Translations under genes and position numbers: made by a program
Notes under the pieces: model-generated
What the model was told of the DNA's origin: nothing
What the model saw: only the letters and a program-made list of their open reading frames with translations
The model's database searches: none
Assembly (NCBI RefSeq): GCF_006345805.1
Contig: NC_043014.1
Coordinates: 26,598,001 to 26,662,000, forward strand
DNA: 64,000 nucleotides
Direction of reading: 5' to 3'
DNA from: Octopus sinensis
Lineage: Eukaryota
In this document: positions 12,600-23,559 of the stretch, piece by piece
Numbering within the stretch: the first letter of the stretch is position 1
How the letters are laid out: each line of letters starts with the position of its first letter

Positions 12600-13090
12600 G
12601 TATAAATCCGAAAAAAATGGAACAAGAACGCAGCAGACGACAATAAAACACCTGGACACATAGACGATGCGAAGACGGACAGGAAAAACAATAAAAAGAC
12701 GGGCAGAAAAAAGCAAGGACGGGTCATTCGCAGCCTCCTCTCATCAGTGAAGTTACCAAATTATCTTTACAGTTTCGGGCAGTTACACATGAAATGTTCA
12801 AATCTGGTTACCCACAAATATCATAGTTTAGAGTATTATATTTTGGTGGAGAAAGCAAGGAGTGTATACGAAGACAACTAAGACAAAACAGGAGAACATG
12901 TTACACAATTCCAAATACAAACAACAACAAAATAACAACAACAGTCTTTCGACTAATAAGGACGTACCAAGTTGAGCTGGCGCCTGTAGAGTGAAAATCT
13001 TGAGGCAGGAATATAGGAGAAGAACATAAGAGATGAAAGTCAAGAGAGAGGAATATAAGAGATGCTTCGCGACCGGCAGTGGAGCTATAT
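12600..13090 (-). mobile_element. Diverged relative of the 776-bp ribozyme-bearing unit
   Basis: Shares ggacgggtcattcg..tcatcag, gtgtatac..gaagac and gtctttcgac blocks with 27865-28640. Confidence 0.55.
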
Positions 13091-13391
13091 TTGCTATATA
13101 TATTTGCTATATATATATATATATATATATATAGCAAATAAGAAAATGAAGAAGCACATTAGTTGGTTCATCAACTTTAGGACATTAAAATGTTGACTTA
13201 TTTATTTATCAAAACGACGACCATTATAACATACATACATACATATAGTATATTATTCTATGCATATAAGATAAGAATACAAGCAGTTATTAAAAAACAT
13301 GAATATAAATATAAATATGAAACAAAATACACGCACATTTGAATATATATATATAAGTATACACACACACACACACACGCGCGCGCGCACG

Positions 13392-13485
<94 letters not shown>

Positions 13486-14649
13486 TAATTATACATGCAT
13501 ATATATTTATAGACAATTAATTATATATACTGGAACATACATATGCATCCATATCTATGAGAACATATATAATATTCCTTCATTACTAATATTATTATTA
13601 TTAATAATAATATTAGACTACGTGTATTCTTCTATTCACAATACATAGTATGAGAAATTTAAAATATAGAATATAATATATAAATGTTTATGAAAGATGT
13701 AAGCTTATTAATTTTACAATCAACGTCAGTATATTCATATATCATACAGTTAATATATAGTTATTTCAGTATTAATCTGCATATAAATATATATATACAT
13801 ATATATATGGACAACAAAGACATGTATATGCATATATATACATATGCACAAATATACACCAATACATATATGAATTTTTTTCTTTTCATCATACAAAAAA
13901 TACATACATACGTATTATATTACATATTATGCGTAATAAAGTTCACAGACTATGAGATAAGAGATAAACTTTGTGAGCTTTGTTATTCGTTATACATGTG
14001 TGTGTGTGTGTGTGGTGTGTGTGTGTGTGTGTGTGTGTGTATGCATGTATGTATGTGTATGTATGCATGTATGTATATATACCTATTGTTTTAAGGGAAT
14101 TAGATTCCACCCCAAAAGATACTAGGTATTGAACCAGTATTTCCTTGCATGAAACCATCCCTCCATGAGGTTACCATTACCTCTAATCGAATTTATATAT
14201 ATATATATATATGTATGTATGCATGTATGTATGTATGTATGTATGTATGTATGTATGTATGTATATATATGTATGTATGTATGTATGTATATATATATAT
14301 ATCTGTTTTCTTGTTGAATAAACTGCTGTCTATCTATGCGCGAGTATGAGCATGCGTATGCGTCCGTGTCTGTCCATGTGTATGCGTGAACATGTCTGTG
14401 TATCAGTGAGTATTTACGTGTGTGTGTGTGTGTCTGTGTCTGTGTCTGTGTTATGCGTTCATATGTGTGTGAGTTCCTGTGTATTTGTATGTACGTGTGT
14501 ACTTATGTATCTATGTTTTGTGAATGTGCGTATGCGTATGTGTGTGTATCCGTGTGGGCGAGAAAGCATGTCTGTGTCCTTGTTTGTCTTTGCATGTGTG
14601 TGTGCGTCCATGGGTCTTTGTAAAGCCTTTGCCTATTAAGAATATTTAC

Positions 14650-15050
14650 TATTCAAAACCAGTCATGTTTCGTTTATGAAAACTGATTCTCGTATCTCTC
14701 GTAGCGACGCGTCGTCCCGGTATCTAGACAGGATTTCGGTGCTAATCTAGCTCAGCACACCACCATGTTGATCTTTAGCATGCTGGTAGAGTATCTAAAC
14801 TTGTCTTTGATCCCTGTACTCCCTCCAATGTCCATTTATGCGCTGGACCAAACTTCTCACCGTTTCACCTATGTATGCAGTCTTCCGATTTTTATAATCC
14901 CTATCCATGCAGTTTATTCGGTAAACTGCATTTTTGGCTTTGCAGTTGATACCAGGGCTATATTTGCAGTTGATACCAGGGCTATATTTGGACACTGCGC
15001 AGTTCACTGCTACACACGTAGTCAGTTATTGGTAGCATTAGTGCTGTTTT
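14650..15050 (-). pseudogene. PLE GIY-YIG endonuclease fragment
   Basis: NAVYRINCMD..TAYIGETVRSLVQRINGH; contains a short internal tandem duplication. Confidence 0.8.
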
Positions 15051-15636
15051 AATTAGCTGTGCCCATTGACTTGTCATTGAAAACCACAGACTGATAGAAC
15101 ACATTACAAAGCAGTACAATCAAGTGTAAATGTCTTTCTGTCTCTCAAGGTTAACATTTTTTTAGACTATCCTATCTGAATCTGACGTAACATTCTTTCT
15201 TTAAGATTTCGATAAGAAAGTAATTAATTAGTTTGGCTTATATTTCATGTTAACGATAGATCAATTGCTTTCTTGAATTTTAGCTTTCCACATTATTGTG
15301 ATCTTAGCCAGATATGTACTGCAATCCCTTGCGTTTCATCCAATGAGTTCATATTTTAAAGGTTACTTGGCTAAATTTTCTTTGGCAATTCCTTCAAGAA
15401 TATAAAACTGCAGAGTGAAAACCAAAGCTTCTGTGAAGGTGTTTACTCTGTCAGAGAAATGCGGCGAAATTCCGTTTTAGAGCTACAGGACAGTGTGCTC
15501 CAGGATACATTACAACAACCACAACAACGTTAAAGTACAAGCATTAAGCACGTACTAAAGCGAATGGCTTCAGTCGTTCAATGCCTATATTTTCATTTAT
15601 CGATTTAAAACACATACAAGAGTTCCTGTCTATCAC

Positions 15637-15639
<3 letters not shown>

Positions 15640-15713
<74 letters not shown>

Positions 15714-15721
15714 TTATATAT

Positions 15722-15808
<87 letters not shown>

Positions 15809-15830
15809 CCTATCTGTCTGTCTGTCTGTC
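15640..15830. repeat. (TCTA)n microsatellite
   Basis: Direct reading. Confidence 0.95.
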
Positions 15831-16772
15831 AGACTATCTTGTCGGTCTATCTAGCTCAAATCTTTTACTTACCACAGTAAGGTATTCTAAAATAATATGT
15901 TATTCTGGAGTGTGACATGTGCATTATTCCTTAATAAATACTGATATTTTGGCTTCACAATAAGGTTATCTGTTGTCAAGCATCAGATCCATTCAATCCT
16001 GTTCTAGCTGTTCTATAATAAAAAAATGCTTTTGCCATGGCTATGTCGGCTCGTTTTTTTGTTTATGTTTGTCTGAGTCCTTCATTTCTAGTTTCAAAGA
16101 CGAAAGATTGCGGGTTGTTTGGTTACTTTGCTGCTATTCAAACAGGTCGAGCGACCGCTTGGAAGCTTTCCTCGATGGACCGAGCCACAGGAACGTATTA
16201 ACGCCTGCACTACTTGACAGGTATTTCTTTTTCGTTTACTTTATCGACTTAGAGAGAATGAATGTCTAAGGCAAGAGTTTCTTAATAGTTAATGTAACTA
16301 ACAAGGTTTGTGTAGCACTTTCTCTGTCTTTAAACTACAGATGGATAATGGGTTAAATAATTTGCAATATTTAGCTACAAACCGTTTAAGTTTGCTTTCA
16401 AATATTGCCACTAGGCTTGATTTGTATTTTGTCTATTCTGAATGATCGATAAAATAAGGTCCCAGTTAAGTCAGTTTAATCAATAATACCTCTGCTCCAA
16501 ATGCGTCGCCTAGTATATGTATGTGATTGACATGCATACATGCACACAGACACACATACACACACGCACACACACACGTACACATACACACACATGCATA
16601 TACAAATATATATTAATAAATATACAAAGCTTTACATAAGTAAATATGCGAATAAATTAATACAACTTCAATTAGACTTTTGTTTACTTAAATTTTCTTT
16701 ACATGATTTTTTTTTGTTTGTTTTGAATTTGCTTTGTTTTTATATATATTTTTTTCTTTTCATTCTTTCTAG

Positions 16773-17910
16773 ATTTAAGAAGCGTGGGCTGCTCATGATA
16801 GTTTCTTTGGTTGTCATATATGGATTTATTCGCATCTACGCCGGGAATTTAGATTTTAAACTAATAGTGCCTTCAAAGTTACCAAAGCATTATTCTTTTA
16901 TAACTACCACACAGCTACCACACACCAACTTTCATCGAGGACCGGGCTATTTTAAAACGTGTAAACCTCAATCGGATGTTGTTTTTTTAAAAGTACACAA
17001 AGCTGGGAGTACGACCGTGATGAATATATTACTTCGTTATGGATTATATCATAAACTCGTATTTGTTTTGCCGAAGCACGACAATTATATCAACAGACAA
17101 TCTGAGCTGGACGTCAGTAGAATCATTCCACCACCAAAGGGCAAACGTTACAATATTCTGTGTAACCATTCCGTCTACAACAGATCCGTATTCCATAGTT
17201 TATTTCCTCCTGGTACTTTCTACCTTGCTATCATCCGGCAACCATTTGAACAATTTAAATGGGCATTTACTTATTTCAATATGGCCCGAGTTGTAAAGCG
17301 CGTAAAAATTTCTTCAACCAATCCTATCCGAGATTACTTACAGATACGAAACAAAATTTCAATTCCGAAGTTTAGGAATTATGTCAATAATCTAATGGCG
17401 TACGATTTCGGAATCGCCCCGGAGAATTTTACGAATTACAAGGCAATTAAAAACTACATTGAAATTCTTGATAAAGATTTTGACTTAGTGATGATAATGG
17501 AGTATTTTGATGAATCTCTTATTCTACTTCGTAGATATCTTTGTTGGACCATGAAGGATATCGTTTCAATAAGATTAAACGCACGCAAGAGTGAAATCGA
17601 AACATCAATGGATGACTTTGAAAGACACAAAAATGTAACCATGGCAGATTATATGATATATGAACACTTTTTCGGGACCTTTTGGAAATTGGTCGCTTTA
17701 GAAGGACCTTCGTTCTTCAAAGAATTGAGTCACTATAAACAGATACGAAAAATAATCGAAGCGTTTTGCAAAGGTGAATCAAAAGAGAGAAAGGTTGTAA
17801 TTCCAAGTTCTCACTGGAATATGGCGTTTGAAATATCTAAAATAGAATGTGAACATATTGTTATTGAAGAATTAGCTTTTGTTGATATAATCAGAAAAGG
17901 TTACAAATAA
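16773..17910 (+). CDS. Galactose-3-O-sulfotransferase (galactosylceramide sulfotransferase-like), probable terminal coding exon
   Basis: N-terminal hydrophobic anchor; 5'-PSB motif VFLKVHKAGSTT; HSVY; RQPFEQF.WAFTYF; FDLVMIMEYFDESLILLRRYLCW; DYMIYEHF. Polypyrimidine tract plus AG at 16771-16772 suggests the exon start; in-frame ATG at 16795. The longer ORF from 16540 begins in microsatellite. Confidence 0.88.
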
Positions 17911-18787
17911 CAACACTCCAAACCGTCAGTTACCAGGTTCACCTTAAGTAACCTAGAGATTTAGTTAGTGATAACAGCAATGACTGCTGCTGATCTAGAT
18001 CTATCTACAATGATTCGATACAACAGCAATTATGATATAGATAAGTGAAAATTACCTACATTCCCATAATACAAAAATTGATATATGAAAATCCCTTTAA
18101 ATTAATTTCGATATTAAATAATAAGTTTAGATCTCTTTATAACAATGCCTTTTATGGACAGCCTTACTACATGCCTCAGGTCTGCCCATAGAGACACAGA
18201 CAAAAATGACCATATTCTTTCCCCAATAGAATAAGATGTGTGTATCTAAAGTCTGTGACACCTTAATGGACTAGCCTGATTAAATAATTAACTAAATAGA
18301 AAGTGGAAAGCAACTAACAAGAAATTAGCAAAAAAAAAAATGCAGAATGTAAGCTAATTTCTTGTTAGTTGCTTTCCACTTTCTATTTAGTTAATTATTT
18401 AATCAGGCTAGTCCATTAAGGTGTCACAGACTTTAGATACACACATCTTATTCTATTGGGGAAAGAATATGGTCATTTTTGTCTGTGTCTCTATGGGCAG
18501 ACCTGAGGCATGTAGTAAGGCTGTCCATAAAAGGCATTGTTATAAAGAGATCTAAACTTATTATTTAATATCGAAATTAATTTAAAGGGATTTTCATATA
18601 TCAATTTTTGTATTATGGGAATGTAGGTAATTTTCACTTATCTATATCATAATTGCTGTTGTATCGAATCATTGTTGATAGATCTAGATCAGCAGCAGTC
18701 ATTGCTGTTATCACTAACTAAATCTCTAGGTTACTTAAGGTGAACCTGGTAACTGACGGTTTGGAGTCTTGTTGTTTGTAACCTTTT
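17895..18787. repeat. Near-perfect inverted repeat: arms 17895-18329 and 18353-18787 (435 bp each), 23-bp spacer
   Basis: Base-by-base comparison; I found about 3 mismatches; the left arm includes the last codons and stop of the sulfotransferase. Confidence 0.95.
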
Positions 18788-19637
18788 GGTGAGACATGGT
18801 GCAACCTTCAAGACGGTAAAGTTCTCTGACATTAATTTGATGTGAATGGGTAATATCAGTAGCTATCGCTCTTTATAAATTTTCAATAAAGTAAAAGCTT
18901 GAAGTATTAATTGACACATTATCAGTTAGCACAATAGCTTAGCTTGGAAAAAATATGGATTGCATGGAAAATGCTAGCAAGATAAATAATATTCTTAATA
19001 TTATAAACCTGGAGAAGTACAGGACAAGTTATTACACTTAGAAAAGTTCAGGACAAGTTATTACATCTGGTAAAGTACAGAACAAAAACAATTTTACTTA
19101 AAATATTGCAGCTAAGGATAAAATTTGAATATTAAAAATGATTTTATTTTAATTTTAAAAAAGGTAGCATCATTTTGTTAAAATATTGACACACTAGAAT
19201 ACTTAAAAAATGAGAGCCAAAAGTACCAATATAGCTAAAGTTTTACGTAAAGTAGAATAGCATATATGGTAGGCAAATTCATTATGTGAAAAATAATCTT
19301 TATACTCGCCTCTCCCTTAACCTCTCTGAACAGGTGTATCTCTCGCTGTATTGTTTAGTATATATCTAATACAAAGTTCCTATCTAACTATCTTTCCTCC
19401 ATCAGATTTTACTTTCTCATCTCAGTATTTCTTCAACTTTTGAACTGCTAGCATCCATTTTCCTTCATTATGGATTACTATCTAAGTCTTCACTCTGATC
19501 ATGAATTTACCCAAAGAATACCCAATTTCACTGGATCTAACTGGGCTTAGTTGGATATCTCCTTCTCTGAAATTAAGGAATCACATCAACTAACAATTGA
19601 AGAGAAACTTTTATTCCACTGTTACATATGTTTAACA

Positions 19638-20095
<458 letters not shown>

Positions 20096-20189
20096 TGTTA
20101 ACAACAAACACGATTAGGACAAATATCCGTCAAATGTAAATAATGTAAATAATGATCCTCCTCTTTGTTTAACAGTTGGAAGAAGGCAG

Positions 20190-20502
20190 TCTGGGTCAAA
20201 TGTTTCTTATGGCTGTCTCCACACGTATACTCGGTCTGTCATCGAGTATGACTCGTCCGAGAGGGACCAATTCTGTAGGTTTTTACTCCACTCTAAACAC
20301 TTCGCAACGATTGTTTTTGAAAGTAGTGGTTTTCTGATTGCAGACCTCCCATGAAATCCAGCTTTGTGCAGCTCCCAGTTTTTGTGGAAACTGGCTTCTC
20401 CAGGTGGTCATTAAGCTCTGCATTAATTTTGGGAGTTTTATCAATATTTCAAAATTATGATGCTATGATGCTAGGTGTTTCCATAATTTTGTCCAGCCCC
20501 TG
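20190..20502 (-). mobile_element. Tc1 transposon remnant with one TIR (20474-20502)
   Basis: TIR caggggctggacaaaattatggaaacacc; translation ELHKAGFHGRSAIRKPLLSK..SDES..RVYVWRQP..FDPDC. Confidence 0.75.
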
Positions 20503-20591
20503 AATATATGTGTCTGTGTGTGTGTGCGCGCGCGTGCGTCTGTTTGTTTGTGTGTGTGTGTGTGAGTGTGTGTGTGTGCATGTATATGTAT

Positions 20592-20675
20592 ATAAATTAA
20601 GAAATGGAGTCAAACACGTGCTATTCAAATCATTTGGATAATACCTGCGTTTGACTCCATTTCTTAATTTATCCA
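20592..20675. repeat. Short hairpin with arms of about 24 bp
   Basis: ataaattaagaaatggagtcaaac vs gtttgactccatttcttaatttat. Confidence 0.8.
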
Positions 20676-20812
20676 TGTTATACAAAAACATTTCACTTAA
20701 CCCTGGAACTTCTACCTTTATAAATAGGCTGAATATCCTTGGTACATGTGAATTTTTGCTACCCTACTAACTATTTTTTTTTTCGTCTTAATTGTATACA
20801 GTGAAAAAATCC

Positions 20813-20908
<96 letters not shown>

Positions 20909-20976
20909 AGCCTTTACATAAATAAATAACGTGAAATACACGAAGGGACGAACAAAAAAACAAACGAGTCATTCAA

Positions 20977-21044
20977 AGCCTTCATTCTTCAGTCAGAAAC
21001 TGATCCCTCGTCGCAGATTTCGGCTGTTTAATTCTGAGATCTGC
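20977..21044 (-). ncRNA. Hammerhead-like motif with strands in reversed (non-nested) order
   Basis: GCAGAU-C-UCAGAA / CAGCC-GAA-AUCUGC / UUCUGA-CUGAAGA-augaa-GGCU. Confidence 0.55.
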
Positions 21045-21380
21045 TCTGAATCAGCCAGCCACAGAAGGAAAGAATGAGACGCAACAGAGACGAACATGAA
21101 ATGAAAAATCTTTTTTGGGGACAGTAACGGTTAAAAACATGGATGACACGGGCGCGATTACGGCTTTGAGACAAACAGAGAGACACAAAAACAATATCAA
21201 CAGCGTGGAAAAATAAGTACCTTTTCGGTGATAAGACATGTTGAACAAGCGGCCGATGGAAACGAGGCAGCAAGTTGCAAGAGGATAAGAGAGAGAAGGG
21301 GGTAAGAGAGAGAGGGGACAGTGACCGAGAGAGAGAGGGGGAGAGAAGGAATCGAAGGAAAGAAAATAGTTTAAAGACAT

Positions 21381-21471
21381 CATCTCTGACAGCTGTTTCT
21401 GGGATGTCCCAGCTAGTGGAACATCATACAGAGCGAAAACTCATATGCTGAGTATTTCGTCAGCAGAGATG
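21381..21471 (-). ncRNA. HHR-like motif with atypical domain II; inverted twin at 22589-22678 (+)
   Basis: CAUCUCU-g-CUGACGA..GAAAC-AGCU-GUC-AGAGAUG; extra G before the core; no simple 10.1-11.1 pair. Confidence 0.4.
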
Positions 21472-21597
21472 GTAAGAGATATATATGTTTGTATAAGTAT
21501 ATATATATATATATAGGTTATAAAATGAGATAGGGGTTGAAAATTCAACCCACCATGGGATAACATATATCCAATTTGGTGCAAACTTAACTGTATC

Positions 21598-21628
<31 letters not shown>

Positions 21629-21939
21629 ATTAATAGTAATTTTTATTGACTTTTATAGCTTTATAATTTTATGAACTGAACCATGGTTTTAATTATTATT
21701 TTTCATCTCCCTATGTGTTAGTTTTTTTTTTAAACTATTAGCCAAATATGTATAATAACTGTGCTTATTAATATTAATATATACACTGATATATATTTTG
21801 TTTTATTTTGTTTTGTTTACCTTGCATTATTGTACCAATGAGTATTATATTATACAAGTGTAGCATTATGAAGTTTATGCATAAGTTTTTATATTTTACA
21901 TTTTTATATTTTTATATTTATATGTTTGTTTGTTTGTTT

Positions 21940-22152
21940 TTGTTTTTCCAGTTTCAGCTCTTGAGCTGTGGCCATGCTGGGGCACCGCCATTGTGGTGAA
22001 AGAGTACAGCAGGGATCACCACCCCCTGCCGGAGCCTCGTAGAGCTTTTAGGTGTTTTCGCTCAATAAACACACACAACGCCCAGTCTGAGAATCGAAAC
22101 CGCGATCCTGCGACCGCGAGTCCGCTGCCCTAACCACTAGGCCATTGCGCCT
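21940..22152 (-). mobile_element. tRNA-derived SINE
   Basis: Same head as 1672-1912; tail ggcggtgccccagcatggccacagctc. Confidence 0.8.
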
Positions 22153-22203
22153 CTACGTATGTATATGGAAAAATAATTTTTTCACAATTATAACAAATTT
22201 AAT

Positions 22204-22313
22204 TCTCTGAAGAGGCCGTGGGGCATCCTTGTTAATGCCTCATTTATACCTGCCTTTATGGCTTATAGGTTAAATGAGGTATGACTGCCCTTGCTGCCGA
22301 AACAGCTGTCAGA
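22204..22313 (+). ncRNA. Type I HHR with a long rod-like stem II
   Basis: UCU-CUGAAGA-GGC..(about 80-nt hairpin incl. augccucauuua/uaaaugagguau)..GCC-GAAAC-AGCU-GUC-AGA; stem I only 3 bp. Confidence 0.6.
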
Positions 22314-22499
22314 TATGATTTAATTACATATTATATTTGAAATTTTATACTTATATCTCTTTGTCTATTTACCTTTACTGTATATTTTGTATAATGCCTT
22401 TACTGATATGTAATGGTGTAATAAAGTATTGATTGGGTATCATCTGATAGTTGATGTTTTATTGATTTAAGTATGTTTCTCCATTTTCTAATTTTGTAG

Positions 22500-22544
<45 letters not shown>

Positions 22545-22588
22545 AGTATATATACATATATACTTATACATACATATATATCTCTTAC

Positions 22589-22678
22589 CATCTCTGCTGA
22601 CGAAATACTCAGCATATGAGTTTTCGCTCTGCATGATGTTCCACTAGCTGGGACATCCCAGAAACAGCTGTCAGAGAT
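22589..22678 (+). ncRNA. Inverted twin of the 21381-21471 HHR-like motif
   Basis: Near-identical inverted copy; arms of about 130 bp. Confidence 0.4.
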
Positions 22679-22954
22679 TATCTCTTCCTATCATTATATA
22701 ACTAAATTAAATTAGATATCCTTGTCAAATCTTGCCAATTCTAGCCGCTTTGGAATTGCAGTCACAAAACCAAAACTTCAACTGCCATTCACACCGGAAT
22801 TTTAGTGGCATAACTATTTGAGCACTCAGAGCGCATACTTATTACTTTCAGTGACTATTGACGAAAATACCTTGTATCTTTTATATATAGCCATTAAATT
22901 TTAATTGGTATCAGAAGCACACACATATGGAAATATACATATATATACATATTT

Positions 22955-23034
22955 TTAGATAGATAGATAAATAGATAGATAGATAGAAAAAAAGAAAGAA
23001 AGAAAGAAAGAAGGAAAGAAAGAAAGATGGATTA

Positions 23035-23129
<95 letters not shown>

Positions 23130-23130
23130 C
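22955..23130. repeat. (TAGA)n/(GAAA)n microsatellite
   Basis: Direct reading. Confidence 0.95.
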
Positions 23131-23366
23131 GCGTGTATCTACACACATGCACACACAGAGGATTTACTAAGGATGTAAAGAAATTATTCTTCAAGAAATG
23201 TGCAAAATCCTTATTAATGCACTTAGAATGACAGACATTGGCAGTTGCATTGAAGCTCTCAGCTAGCAAAATTACTGGATTTAATTTCGTCCTTATAGAT
23301 TTTATGCTTCATTTGCGTTAAATTTCAATTCCACTTCCATCTGAAATCTCTAAAGAAATAACAAAT

Positions 23367-23409
<43 letters not shown>

Positions 23410-23559
23410 GTGTGTGTGTATGCGCGCGCGTGATGGTAAAATAGTGAGATCACTTTACAGAAAGTGTTTATAATCAAACATACAATGAGGGAGATGTTGA
23501 ACAATGTTACTGTAGGGATATGAATATCCTGTGTCAGTTCTGCCTGGTCAAACATTTTA

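Noticed and set aside
16540-16772. N-terminal 78 codons of the 456-aa ORF
   Set aside because: Microsatellite and T-rich sequence ending in a splice-acceptor-like tract; probably intron.
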